From positions 64,001-128,000 of the forward strand of contig CAWBCT010000005.1 of assembly GCA_963787445.1 (NCBI GenBank): DNA of 64,000 bases, in the 5' to 3' direction. The translations under genes and the position numbers were made by a program. The stretch comes from an uncultured archaeon. GTDB taxonomy: Archaea; Micrarchaeota; Micrarchaeia; Micrarchaeales; CABMGC01. How positions within the stretch are numbered: the first letter of the stretch is position 1; every line of letters begins with the position of its first letter. Below the pieces are notes generated by a model, which saw only the letters and a program-made list of their open reading frames with translations, did not search any database and was not told the DNA's origin. Shown here in pieces: positions 29,080 to 38,630 of the stretch.

Positions 29080-29625
29080 ATGCCAAGGTCAGAAGAAAAG
29101 CTCGTTTACAAAGGTCCCCTGTTCAAGGTCTACCAATGGAGGCAGAGGATGTTCGACGGCTCCTACGAGATCTTTGAGAGGATAGAGAGGCCCTCTTTGG
29201 CAGAGGTTGTCGCAATAGTTGACGGCAAGATCGCAATCGGGTTCCAGAGGCAGCCAACCCACAGGTTCACCAGTGTATTCGGAGGGAGGATGGAAAAGGG
29301 AGAAAAACCACTTGATGCGGCAAAGAGGGAGTTGCTTGAAGAGTCGGGCCTGGTGGCCAAGAGGTGGAAACTTCTCAGGAAGTACAGATTTGGAGGGAAA
29401 GTGCATTATTCCAGCTACCTCTATGCCGCAATAGGCTGCAAGAAGATTGCGGAACAGAACCTCGATGCCGGCGAGATGATAAGGGTCGGCCATGTCACTT
29501 TTGGCAGATTCCTCAAAATGGTTAGAAATATGAGGGTAATGACGGACACCAAGCTGTACTTCATGGAGATAGGCTACGAACCGAAGAAGAGGAAGAAGCT
29601 TGAAAAGGAGCTAGGTATAAAGTAA
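29080..29625 (+). CDS. NUDIX hydrolase
   Basis: Nudix box GGRMEKGEKPLDAAKRELLEESG. Confidence 0.9.
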   Translation: MPRSEEKLVYKGPLFKVYQWRQRMFDGSYEIFERIERPSLAEVVAIVDGKIAIGFQRQPTHRFTSVFGGRMEKGEKPLDAAKRELLEESGLVAKRWKLLRKYRFGGKVHYSSYLYAAIGCKKIAEQNLDAGEMIRVGHVTFGRFLKMVRNMRVMTDTKLYFMEIGYEPKKRKKLEKELGIK

Positions 29626-29634
29626 TGTGATAGC

Positions 29635-30603
29635 ATGGAGGCAGTGATAATAACGCACGCGGCGGACCTGGACGGGATCTCCAGCGCAGCGCTGCTCATG
29701 AGGCAGTACAACATAGGCATCGAGAACGTGGTGTTCACTCATTACCAAAGAGAGAGCATCGAGATGGCGGTGAGGGAGGCTGACGAGCTGTTCAAGGAGG
29801 GGGGAACCCTTTTCATAACAGACCTTAACCCAGGAAAGGCGGTCGTTGACCTATTCTCAGAGGTTATTGACAACGTCAAGGCGAAGAACGGGAAGGTCTT
29901 CTGGTTCGATCATCACCCCTGGGATGCTGATGCGATAAGGTCGCTGGGAGGCAGATGCGATGTCGCCGTGGTCGGGGAGAACAAGGACTTCTGCGCCGCG
30001 GAGATAACTGCCAGGGAGATACGTGCGACCGGGGCTTTTGTAAAGCCGCTTCTGAGGGTTGTCCATCACTCGGATTTCAACATAACTCCAAAGGATAAAA
30101 AGACTTACAACATAATCGGCGATTATGTACTCAGCATGACCTACTTCAGCTCGCTTGATTGGGATTCTACGCTTCAAAAGCTCAGAGAGATGACCAAGGC
30201 CCTAAGCAACGAGATAATGATCCCGGAGTTCGTCCATGATGCCGCAGTAGAATTCACGAAGATCAATGACAAGAGGCTGAATGAGATGGAGAAGACTGTG
30301 ATCAACGGCGGTGTTGTCGCAGTAGGATTCAGCCCGTTCGTCGGAACCAGCGAGGCGTGCAGGCGGGTCAGCAAGGTTGCCGGGACAGACATCGGAGTTT
30401 ACATAAATGTCGATGAGTGCAGGGGGCACCTCAGAAGCGAGGAGAGCGATTGCTCGAAGCTCGCCCAGGCATTCGGCGGCGGAGGGCATCCCCATGCATC
30501 GGGTTTTGAGTTTGATTCAGAGAGATATAACCTCAAGACCCAGAGCGGGCGGGGCAAGCTTGCCCAGGATATAATACAAAAGGCGCTCGAGCTATACAAG
30601 TAG
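29635..30603 (+). CDS. DHH/DHHA1 phosphoesterase
   Basis: THAADLDG, ITDL, WFDHH, GGGHPHASG. Confidence 0.9.
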   Translation: MEAVIITHAADLDGISSAALLMRQYNIGIENVVFTHYQRESIEMAVREADELFKEGGTLFITDLNPGKAVVDLFSEVIDNVKAKNGKVFWFDHHPWDADAIRSLGGRCDVAVVGENKDFCAAEITAREIRATGAFVKPLLRVVHHSDFNITPKDKKTYNIIGDYVLSMTYFSSLDWDSTLQKLREMTKALSNEIMIPEFVHDAAVEFTKINDKRLNEMEKTVINGGVVAVGFSPFVGTSEACRRVSKVAGTDIGVYINVDECRGHLRSEESDCSKLAQAFGGGGHPHASGFEFDSERYNLKTQSGRGKLAQDIIQKALELYK

Positions 30604-31800
30604 CCCGAAGCCGCCCAGCTTCCAGCGCTGGCTGAAGTTCCTAAGAATAGAGATCTTTGTGGACTTGTCTATGCAGGCAGGCCTGTTCAACTTTATCTCC
30701 AGCCTGTTCTTCTTCACATTTGTGAGCAAGCCCACAAAGGTTCCTGTGCCGATGCCCAGAAGCACCTGCTCTGCCTGACGGAGCGCCTGCTTCGGGATGT
30801 CACTCCTGTTGAGTGAAGTGTAATTTATCGTTATCACGTCCGTGGACTCGGGAAGATGTCCGGCCTTACCCACTACCTGTCCAACAAGCCCGTCTGCCTT
30901 TGAGAAACCGGGATCTACTTCTGCCCCTACCGCAATCAAGCCGCCGGCTATGGCGCTGTCGAGCTTCTGATCACCAGCAGAGAGGCTGTCAATCTTCGTT
31001 ATGAGCGGTTCGTAGACTTCTCTCTTCGACTTGTCCCCTGAAAAGTTTACGCCCGGCCTTATTTCGATCTCGTCCCCGATCTTGAATGTTCCGCGGATTA
31101 TTGAGCCGCCTATTACCCCGCCGACCAGCTCCTTGATGGTTGTGCCTGGCCTGTTGACGTCGAATGACCTTGCAACGTACATAAATGGGTCTGCGGTCGT
31201 GTTGCGCTCTGGTATCTTAATTGACGCAATCTCAGAAAGAAGCGCATCGATGTTGATGTTCTTGTTCGCCATCAGAGGCACAACCGGCGAGTGCTCTACA
31301 ACAGTGCCCTTCACGAATGCTTTTATCTGGTCGTAGTGCTTCTTCGCCTGTTCCTTACCGACTATGTCGACCTTTGTCTGTGCGATTATCACGTTCTTGA
31401 TGCCAAGAGCGTTGATTATCATCAGGTGCTCGCGGGTCTGCTGCATCGGGCACGGTTCTGCTGCAGATATCACGAACATCGCGCAGTCAATTATGCTTGA
31501 GCTTGCGATTGCGGTTGCCATGAGGGTCTCGTGGCCAGGCGCATCAAGAAGTGAGATCTTGCGGAAAGGCGTAGGGACAGAGCCGTCTGCGCACTTCTCT
31601 CCAACAGTAAAAGGAAACACTCCGCCACCGCCGCACTTGTTTATCAGCGCATCAGCGTAGCCGAGCTTAATCGTCATGCTCCTCTTTACGCTCTCGCTGT
31701 GAACATCGGTCCAGGTGTGAGTAAGCGCAGAGACGAGCGTAGTCTTGCCGTGGTCCACGTGGCCAAGGGTACCGATGTTAAGCTCGCTTTGTTTTATCAT
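30592..31800 (-). CDS. eif2g: Translation initiation factor aIF2 gamma
   Basis: NIGTLGHVDHGKTTL, MTIKLGYA, DAPGHETLMAT, ARSFDVNRPG, GGVIGGS. Confidence 0.96.
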   Translation of the reverse strand: MIKQSELNIGTLGHVDHGKTTLVSALTHTWTDVHSESVKRSMTIKLGYADALINKCGGGGVFPFTVGEKCADGSVPTPFRKISLLDAPGHETLMATAIASSSIIDCAMFVISAAEPCPMQQTREHLMIINALGIKNVIIAQTKVDIVGKEQAKKHYDQIKAFVKGTVVEHSPVVPLMANKNINIDALLSEIASIKIPERNTTADPFMYVARSFDVNRPGTTIKELVGGVIGGSIIRGTFKIGDEIEIRPGVNFSGDKSKREVYEPLITKIDSLSAGDQKLDSAIAGGLIAVGAEVDPGFSKADGLVGQVVGKAGHLPESTDVITINYTSLNRSDIPKQALRQAEQVLLGIGTGTFVGLLTNVKKNRLEIKLNRPACIDKSTKISILRNFSQRWKLGGFGLLV

Positions 31801-31804
31801 TTGT

Positions 31805-32260
31805 TCACTCCGAAAGTATTTTCTTCTCTATAGCCGTTGAAGGGAACTTTCCAGCAGCTATAATCTTCAAACTATATTTTGTATATGAATCAATCTTTAG
31901 CTTTGGAACATCTTTTAAGCTGGTCCATTTGTATTCCTGAATCTCCTTATTATCAACTTTTACCTTACCCCCTTTATACTCACAAAGGAAGTCAAAAAAG
32001 AGGAAGTGCTTCTTTGTGTGAAACTCCTTTGGGTAAATCACCTGCTGTATCGCAAGGAGCCTTGTGATCTTTACTTTAAGCCCGACCTCTTCCGCAACCT
32101 CGCGGTGCAGCGCATCTACCATCGCTTCCCCATACTCAACATGACCGCCAGGAATGCTCCATTTGTCCTTCCACTTGTAGGATTTTACAAGAAGGATCTC
32201 TCCTTTTGCATTAGTAATGAACGCCCCCACAACTGGTTCAGGATAAATGGTTGTTTTCAT
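31805..32260 (-). CDS. NUDIX hydrolase (NudI-like), AT-rich
   Basis: PGGHVEYGEAMVDALHREVAEEVGL. Confidence 0.9.
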   Translation of the reverse strand: MKTTIYPEPVVGAFITNAKGEILLVKSYKWKDKWSIPGGHVEYGEAMVDALHREVAEEVGLKVKITRLLAIQQVIYPKEFHTKKHFLFFDFLCEYKGGKVKVDNKEIQEYKWTSLKDVPKLKIDSYTKYSLKIIAAGKFPSTAIEKKILSE

Positions 32261-32271
32261 TTGGGATTACC

Positions 32272-32664
32272 TTATTTCTCTTCGGTCTTCTCCTTAGGCT
32301 TGAAGATCTCCTCCGCTGACTTCGTCCCGAACTTCTCGATAGAGGTGTTGACCTGAACGGTGTCCGCGCTGATCGTGTTTCCGCGGACCAGCCTTCTTGA
32401 CCTGAAGCCCTTCCCGCCGTCGCGCATCCCGACTCCATAACTCAACAGGGGCCTCGCCTTTCGGGTGCCGTCTATCTCCTTCCTCGAAGGTGCACCGTTG
32501 TTGTCGCTTAGGCCGGTTATCTTGAGCTCAAATCCGTCAAGGCCGCCGAGCGAGCCGTCGATGACGTCTCCTATCTGCCTGCCCATGAGCTGTCCCTCTC
32601 TCTCCTTTGGAACGCTAGCCTGTCCTGTCTTTCCACTCTTTCTATCCGAGTAAACTATCTGCAT
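32272..32664 (-). CDS. rps6e: 30S ribosomal protein S6e
   Basis: SDRKSGK...IGD.IDG..LKITG.SD.NG.P...RLVRGNTIS. Confidence 0.95.
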   Translation of the reverse strand: MQIVYSDRKSGKTGQASVPKEREGQLMGRQIGDVIDGSLGGLDGFELKITGLSDNNGAPSRKEIDGTRKARPLLSYGVGMRDGGKGFRSRRLVRGNTISADTVQVNTSIEKFGTKSAEEIFKPKEKTEEK

Positions 32665-32685
32665 AATTTCACCTAATCTGAAGTA

Positions 32686-34839
32686 TCATCTGTACATGCT
32701 TGCCGGTTCGTCCTTAAATCTTCGTATCCTCTCCGCCACCTCCTTCGGTATCGCCGGCTTGACCTCCTCGAAGGCGCGCTCAAAGTCCTCCGCCTTGACT
32801 ATGTCGCGCTTCTTCCTGATCGTGTTCATGCCCGCCTCCCTGCAGAGGTTCTCTATCTCCGCGCCGGTGTAGCTCTCCGTCTTGTTCGCCAGGTCATCAA
32901 GGACTACGTCCTTGTCGAGCGGCATGCGCTTTGTATGAATCTTAAGTATCTGGAGCCTTGCAATTGCATCGGGCAGGGGTATCTCGACTATCTTGTCGAA
33001 TCTGCCGGGCCTAAGCAGGGCAGAGTCAAGCTCGTCGGGGCGGTTCGTTGCGGCGATGACCACAACGTTCTTCAGCTCCTGCAGCCCGTCCATCTCTGTG
33101 AGAAGCGTGTCGACCACGCGCTCGGTTACGCGGGCGTCGTCCGTGCCGCCGCGCGAGTGCGCGATGGCGTCGATCTCATCAATGAATATGATGCAGGGTG
33201 ATGCAAGTCGCGCCTTTCTGAATATCTCGCGCACGGTCTTCTCGCTCTCTCCAACGTACTTGCTTAGGACCTCCGGCCCCTTGATTGAGATGAAGTTTGA
33301 CTCGCGCTCGGTTGCCACCGCCTTTGCGAGCATTGTCTTTCCTACACCAGGGGGCCCGACAAGAAGGACGCCCTTGATCGGGCGTATGCCTATCTTCTCA
33401 AAGACCTCGGGTGACTTGAGCGGAAGTTCAACCGCTTCGCGCATCTCCTCCTTGACCTTCTCCATGCCGCCGACATCTGCCCAACGGACGTTGGGGCGCT
33501 CGACGAATACCTCGCGGAGCGCGCTGGGCTGGATGTTCTTGAGTGCCTCCATGAAGTTCTCGCGCGTTACTATCAGGCTTTCAAGTATCTCAGTGGGAAT
33601 GTTCTGCTTGTCCATTATCTTCGGGAGTATCAGGCGCAGGGTTGCCATGGCGGCCTCCCTGACAAGCGCGTTCAGGTCGGCTCCGGTGTAGCCGTGCGTT
33701 ATGCTCGCGAGCTCGTCGATGTTGACATCCTTGGCGAGTGGCATGTTGCGCGTGTGAATCTGGAGCACCTCCTTTCTAGCGTTCCTGTTGGGCACCCCGA
33801 TCTCAATCTCGCGGTCGAACCTGCCGGGCCTTCTCAGCGCCTGGTCTATGGCGTCGGGCCGGTTTGTCGCTGCGACTATTATTACCTGTCCGCGAGGCGG
33901 CATCCCGTCCATCAGGGTAAGCAGCTGCGAGACCATCCTTCTCTCGACCTCGTTTGTCGCCTCCTCTCTCTTGGGCGCGATCGCGTCTATCTCGTCCATG
34001 AAGATTATTGTTGGGGCCTTCTCGTTAGCCTGCTTGAAGATCTCTCGGAGCTTCTCCTCGCTCTCTCCCACGAACTTGCTCACCAGCTCTGGACCGGAGA
34101 TGGTAATGAAATGTGCATCGCTCTCGTTCGCCACGGCCTTGGCCAGAAGCGTCTTGCCCGTACCTGGAGGCCCGAACAGGAGCACCCCCTTAGGCGGGTC
34201 TATGCCAAGCCGCTCAAACAGCTGTGGATAACGAATAGGAAGCTCGATCATCTCGCGGATCTTGTTCTTTGCCTCATCAAGCCCGCCTATATCCTCGTAG
34301 TGGACGTCTGCAATCTTTACGATTGCGTCCGATACCGGCTCGTCCTTTATTACGAGGTTCGTGCTCGGAGTTATACGGATTACGCCGTGCGGGACCACCT
34401 GCACCACGAGGAAGTTGAATACGAAGCCAAACATGGGGATGGGGATGGAGTCGCCCTTCGTGAGGGGCTTGCCCTCAAGGCGCTTCTTTGCGTAGCCCAC
34501 GAAGTCGGCAGTGAGAGGGGCGCGCTGGCTTGGAGGAGGCGCCAGGATGACCTTCTCGGCGTCCTTGGCGTCCGCCTTGGTTATGAACAGCTTGTCGCCT
34601 ATTCCGACTCCCAGGTTCTGGCGCAGGTAACCGTCTATGCGTATGAAGCCCAGGCCCTCGTCGCTCGGGTGGGAGGGCATGACTATCGCTGCGGTGGACT
34701 TTATCTTGCCCTTGATCTCGATTATGTCGCCGGGGTTGACGGCAAGCTGCGTCCTCGATTTTGTGTCCACCTTGGCTATGCTCTTGCCTGAGTCTACCAC
34801 GAAGGCGTCCGCAACGGTAAGCTCAACACTATTAGTCAT
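32686..34839 (-). CDS. cdc48: CDC48/VCP AAA+ ATPase
   Basis: N domain, two AAA domains (GPPGTGKT, GPPGVGKT, RPGRFD twice), C-terminal MYR. Confidence 0.96.
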   Translation of the reverse strand: MTNSVELTVADAFVVDSGKSIAKVDTKSRTQLAVNPGDIIEIKGKIKSTAAIVMPSHPSDEGLGFIRIDGYLRQNLGVGIGDKLFITKADAKDAEKVILAPPPSQRAPLTADFVGYAKKRLEGKPLTKGDSIPIPMFGFVFNFLVVQVVPHGVIRITPSTNLVIKDEPVSDAIVKIADVHYEDIGGLDEAKNKIREMIELPIRYPQLFERLGIDPPKGVLLFGPPGTGKTLLAKAVANESDAHFITISGPELVSKFVGESEEKLREIFKQANEKAPTIIFMDEIDAIAPKREEATNEVERRMVSQLLTLMDGMPPRGQVIIVAATNRPDAIDQALRRPGRFDREIEIGVPNRNARKEVLQIHTRNMPLAKDVNIDELASITHGYTGADLNALVREAAMATLRLILPKIMDKQNIPTEILESLIVTRENFMEALKNIQPSALREVFVERPNVRWADVGGMEKVKEEMREAVELPLKSPEVFEKIGIRPIKGVLLVGPPGVGKTMLAKAVATERESNFISIKGPEVLSKYVGESEKTVREIFRKARLASPCIIFIDEIDAIAHSRGGTDDARVTERVVDTLLTEMDGLQELKNVVVIAATNRPDELDSALLRPGRFDKIVEIPLPDAIARLQILKIHTKRMPLDKDVVLDDLANKTESYTGAEIENLCREAGMNTIRKKRDIVKAEDFERAFEEVKPAIPKEVAERIRRFKDEPASMYR

Positions 34840-34997
34840 AAGCACCCACAGTAAATGTTATACTTGCTCATAAAACTTATATATACCTTAGGGCGGGATT
34901 GGGTTCGCTTCAGGCGTCGTCAAGAGGGGAAAACCTAGTCAAACAACCAATAAATACCTTTCCCTACAATATATAGCCGCTACTTAAAGGGTTTTTC

Positions 34998-35150
34998 ATG
35001 GGAAAGTTCGCATTGGCAGATGAGCTCCTCACTCGCGTCTGGGTGTGCCGAAGGTGCAAGGCCAGGAACCGCGCCGGCATAGAGAAGTGCAGGAAGTGCG
35101 GGAGCAGATACCTGCGCGTCAAGAGGAAGGAGAAGCGCGTCAAGAAATAG
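34998..35150 (+). CDS. rpl40e: 50S ribosomal protein L40e
   Basis: Manual translation MGKFALADELLTRVWVCRRCKARNRAGIEKCRKCGSRYLRVKRKEKRVKK*; Zn ribbon. Not in the ORF track. Confidence 0.93.
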   Translation: MGKFALADELLTRVWVCRRCKARNRAGIEKCRKCGSRYLRVKRKEKRVKK

Positions 35151-35191
35151 CTAAGTTGATTTTTCAAGGATCCAAACTTTGAGGTAATTAC

Positions 35192-35416
35192 ATGGTAGAT
35201 CTGACACCTATAGAGAGCGCAATCGTAGAGGCTATGAAGCAGCTCGGCGCCACGAGCGAAGAGAAGAAGAAGACCGCTGACGACATAGCGAAGAAGTCCA
35301 ACAGGCCGAAGAGCTTCGTCTCGAACGCCCTGGTCTCGCTGGACCAGAAGAAGGTCATCAAGCGCGTGGTGCGCGAGAAGGCATCTGGGTACTACGTCCT
35401 GCCTGTTCCCAAGTAG
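35192..35416 (+). CDS. Small winged-helix protein
   Basis: TADDIAK...VSNALVSLDQKKVIKR...YY, a wHTH pattern. Confidence 0.75.
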   Translation: MVDLTPIESAIVEAMKQLGATSEEKKKTADDIAKKSNRPKSFVSNALVSLDQKKVIKRVVREKASGYYVLPVPK

Positions 35417-35424
35417 GTCGTTTG

Positions 35425-35874
35425 ATGGCTGAAGGGGACGCTATAGAGTTCACGGCAAAGTACAGGGACTGGATCTCGATAAAGAAGCTCACCGTGAGGG
35501 AGAACACAACCCCGGAAGAGGTAGCATTCCACCTGGCAGCGATAAGGCAGACTCTGGACAAGAAGTCGTTCGAGTTCCTGGGCATGAATCTTACACCGCT
35601 TGACGCTTTCGCAGAGTCAACGACTGCGGGAAAGAAGAAGAGCTTCAAGGACCTCGCTGTTTGTATAGAGTCAATCTCTTCGCCCGAGGCAAAAACGGCA
35701 GTTGAAACCGCATGCGCAGTTAAAGAGGAGCTTAAGGAGATTGCAAACACCTACCTGATAAGGAGGATAATGCAGAACCTGAAGTTCGACACGGACATGA
35801 ACCAGGAGATGCTCGCGAAGGTCTATCCGAACCTGAAGCTGCCGAAGCCGAAGGGCAGGCTGCCAAAGAAATAA
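35425..35874 (+). CDS. DUF2666-like archaeal protein
   Basis: The IEFTAKYRDW N-terminus and YPNLKLPKPKGR C-terminus are recalled from the DUF2666 family. Confidence 0.65.
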   Translation: MAEGDAIEFTAKYRDWISIKKLTVRENTTPEEVAFHLAAIRQTLDKKSFEFLGMNLTPLDAFAESTTAGKKKSFKDLAVCIESISSPEAKTAVETACAVKEELKEIANTYLIRRIMQNLKFDTDMNQEMLAKVYPNLKLPKPKGRLPKK

Positions 35875-35906
35875 CTAAATTATCCGCAGTCTCACTTATC
35901 CTAAAC

Positions 35907-35980
35907 GGGGAGTTCTGCTAGCTTGGTCAGGCTTTGAGCTTTGGGAGCTTAAGACACGAGTTCAAATCTCGTACTCCCCA
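35907..35980 (+). tRNA. tRNA-Pro(TGG), no encoded CCA
   Basis: GGGGAGT/ACTCCCC-A acceptor; anticodon arm TGAGC-TTTGGGA-GCTTA; T arm ACGAG-TTCAAAT-CTCGT; weak D stem. Confidence 0.88.
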
Positions 35981-35983
35981 AAT

Positions 35984-36406
35984 TTATTTTTTGTTCATAG
36001 CCACAGCGGTACGAATAAGAGTCTTCATGGCCTTCTCGTTAATCTTGTCGCCTTCACGGAACTCTATGGCGCGCCATACCCTGGCGTCAAGGCTGGCATT
36101 GAAGAGGCCTGAAGGGTCGTCCAACGAGGCGCCTCTGGGAAATGTCATCCTTATGTGGTTCTTGTAGGCCTCGCAGGTGCAGATTCCTCCGTTGTGAGAC
36201 CAGATCGCTGTGCCAAGTGGGTTGTCTGCCTTTATCCACTTTACTTCCTCAACAGCTTCAGGATCAGCTTCCTTGATCAAAGCGCGGATGCGGGAGAACA
36301 TCTCTCCGCGCCAGTCGCCAAGCGACTTGATTCTCTTGTCTATGATTCCTCCTGAGATCTGCTTTCGTATGGCTTTCTTGTGCTCCACTTGCCTCTTGGT
36401 CATCAT
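35984..36406 (-). CDS. DUF1801 (YdhG-like) protein
   Basis: DWRGE..RIRALIKEADP...KW...GASLDDPSGLFNASL. Confidence 0.88.
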   Translation of the reverse strand: MMTKRQVEHKKAIRKQISGGIIDKRIKSLGDWRGEMFSRIRALIKEADPEAVEEVKWIKADNPLGTAIWSHNGGICTCEAYKNHIRMTFPRGASLDDPSGLFNASLDARVWRAIEFREGDKINEKAMKTLIRTAVAMNKK

Positions 36407-36495
36407 ACCACGCCTATACCTCCAACAAACAGGTTTTTATTATTTTCACTGCTCGATTGAACTCTAATAAAAGATGCGAAAGCGCATGTGGAGAC

Positions 36496-36759
36496 CTACC
36501 TGTTTTTGTAGGCCAGCTTGTAGGCGAGCATTATGGTCATCATCACGAACCCAAGGCTTCCGGAGATGATCAGGGGCCAGCTTGCGATCCCGAGGCCGTA
36601 GATGAAGAAAAGGAGCTGCCCCGCATCGAGTATTACGATCCAGGCCTCGGAAAGGTCGCGGGTGTGCTTCGCCCTTACGGTCTTATAGACTTCGGGGACG
36701 TAGGCCACGGTGACCAGCACGCTCGCAACCAGCCCTATGATCGTATTCCAATCAGTCAT
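36496..36759 (-). CDS. SemiSWEET / PQ-loop sugar transporter
   Basis: IGLVASVL..AYVPEVYKT.R.KHTRDLS...IYG...WPLI; three TMs. Confidence 0.85.
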   Translation of the reverse strand: MTDWNTIIGLVASVLVTVAYVPEVYKTVRAKHTRDLSEAWIVILDAGQLLFFIYGLGIASWPLIISGSLGFVMMTIMLAYKLAYKNR

Positions 36760-36800
36760 GTTCAACACTAGGTCTACTTCCTCATCACATATAAGCATTC

Positions 36801-36840
36801 CTAGGAGCTGTTGTAGAAGACTAGGAGCTGTTGTAGAAGA
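36801..36840. repeat. Perfect 20-bp tandem duplication including a stop codon
   Basis: CTAGGAGCTGTTGTAGAAGA x2. Confidence 0.9.
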
Positions 36841-37837
36841 CGTAGGCAGCTATCGAGCTGTCGGAGACGTTTGCCGGGAGGAGCTTGTAGGGGCCGGGCT
36901 GGGCCGGGTTGCAGATGAACAGCGAGGCGACGCTGCCCCCTAGGTAGCCAGCGGGCGATCCCGCCATGTTGCAGTCGCTGCCCTGGGGATACTGGATGCT
37001 GGGGCCGGGAAGGTTCTGGTTTAGCGTGGAATTTCCGCCCAGGTGCGCCTGGCCTGCGATTATGGCGACTACGAGCGAGTCGTTCTCGCTCACGTTGAAG
37101 GTCAATGTGTGAGAAGCAGTGCCGTACTGGGCGTATTGGTAGCGCCTGATCGCAAGGCCCACCAGCGCCGCGTTCTGCGCCGAGGAGTTTGTGTGCAGGA
37201 TGCAGGTGCTGCTGTTTTGGATGCCTATTGATGAGTAACCAGCTACGGAGGCGGACTGCTTCCAGGAAGCGTTGACAACTCCCGGCGCCCAGCCCGGGCT
37301 TGGGCTTGCGCTGGAGCCTCCGCAGATATAGTAGGTGTAATTCTTGGGGAGGAAGAGCTCGCCGTAGTTGTAGCCCTGGGTGAGAGGATAGGCCTCGGCC
37401 GTTGCGTAGGAGTAGGCATTAGCCGGATAATACTTCATGAAGTTCGCGATCTCAAGCAGGTTGTTGTTGACCGTTATCTCGAATGAGGAGTTCAGGCCTG
37501 CATAGCAGTCTGCTCCGGAACAGCCCCATCCGGTAAAGTTGAAGCCCTTGATTGGTTTCGCTGACACGGCGACCGTGGTGCCACCTAGGTAGTTTCCCGC
37601 CCCATACACGCTTCCTCCATAGACCGGAGAGGGGAGGACCCTGAGAAAATAGGTCGGCTTGGGCGAGGTTATGCTTGAATTCGTAAGGGTGGAGCTCGGG
37701 GTGTTCGAGGGCGCAACGTTGCCCTGAGAAAATAAGACTATAGCCACTGCGATCAGGACGAGGAGTCCCAGGATGCCGAACTCTATCCTGAACCTTCTCC
37801 CTTTTGCGCCTTCGTTGGGGTTCTCTTGGGTGGTCAT
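36821..37837 (-). CDS. N-terminally anchored surface protein with InlB B-repeat-like (Flg_new) domain
   Basis: TM followed by GGSVYGAGNY..GTTV.VSAKP..GFNFTGW; many sequons. Confidence 0.7.
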   Translation of the reverse strand: MTTQENPNEGAKGRRFRIEFGILGLLVLIAVAIVLFSQGNVAPSNTPSSTLTNSSITSPKPTYFLRVLPSPVYGGSVYGAGNYLGGTTVAVSAKPIKGFNFTGWGCSGADCYAGLNSSFEITVNNNLLEIANFMKYYPANAYSYATAEAYPLTQGYNYGELFLPKNYTYYICGGSSASPSPGWAPGVVNASWKQSASVAGYSSIGIQNSSTCILHTNSSAQNAALVGLAIRRYQYAQYGTASHTLTFNVSENDSLVVAIIAGQAHLGGNSTLNQNLPGPSIQYPQGSDCNMAGSPAGYLGGSVASLFICNPAQPGPYKLLPANVSDSSIAAYVFYNSS

Positions 37838-37849
37838 CGGATAGCCTTG

Positions 37850-38599
37850 CTAATCGTCATTCATATTCCTGAACGCCTGCTCCGGATTGCTTCTCCAGTT
37901 AGCTATCATGCCCTTCGAGGGGCCCAGCGAGATCTCGTACTCGTCGTTCCTGAAGCCCTTCATCAGCGCGGCGGCGACCTCAGCAGAGGAGCTGCTCCAC
38001 TCGCTCTTCGGCAGGTGCTTCTCACCGTGCAGGTAGGTGTCGTGCACCATTGGGGGAATTACCTCGAACACCTTTATCGGGGTCCTGCTGAGCTGGTGTC
38101 TCAATGACATGGTGAACGAGTGCAGCGCCGCCTTGGTGGCGCTGTAAACAGGAACCATCGCCAGCGGCACGAAGCCCAGCCCGGATGAGACATTGACTAT
38201 CGCCGCCTCCTTCCTCTTTGAGAACAGCGGGATGAAGTAGGCGGAGAAGTAGATCTGCGCCTTCAGGTTTATCTCGATCTCGTCCTCGGTCTTGAGCAGG
38301 GCGTCTATCCCCTTGCGCAGGTCTATGGGCCGCTGTATGCCGGCGTTGTTCACCAGCACGTTGATCCCGCTGAAGCTGGAGCTCACCCACTCGAACAGCT
38401 TCTTCCGGTCGCTCTCCTTTGAGACGTCGCACTTCCGTATGTTCAGCGCGGGGAGCCTCTCCTTCGCCTCCCTTAGCCTGTCCTCCCTCCTCCCGCAGAT
38501 TATCACCTCGTTCCCGAGCTTTAGGAACGACTCCGCAATCGCAAAGCCGATGCCGGTGGCCCCGCCGGTTATCAGGACCGTGTTATCATTGGTCTTCAT
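37850..38599 (-). CDS. Short-chain dehydrogenase/reductase (DltE-like)
   Basis: TGGATGIG, NNAGI, NVSS, YSATK. Confidence 0.93.
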   Translation of the reverse strand: MKTNDNTVLITGGATGIGFAIAESFLKLGNEVIICGRREDRLREAKERLPALNIRKCDVSKESDRKKLFEWVSSSFSGINVLVNNAGIQRPIDLRKGIDALLKTEDEIEINLKAQIYFSAYFIPLFSKRKEAAIVNVSSGLGFVPLAMVPVYSATKAALHSFTMSLRHQLSRTPIKVFEVIPPMVHDTYLHGEKHLPKSEWSSSSAEVAAALMKGFRNDEYEISLGPSKGMIANWRSNPEQAFRNMNDD

Positions 38600-38630
38600 C
38601 CAATCACTAATTAATCATTAACGCATCTTC

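Noticed and set aside
34897-34940. Stem-loop GATTGGGTT...AACCTAGTC between cdc48 and rpl40e as an ncRNA
   Set aside because: Short stem with G-U pairs, no recognisable family motif, and it lies between two promoters.
35960-38600. Island integrated at tRNA-Pro
   Set aside because: The downstream genes look accessory, but I found no duplicate of the tRNA 3' end and no integrase.
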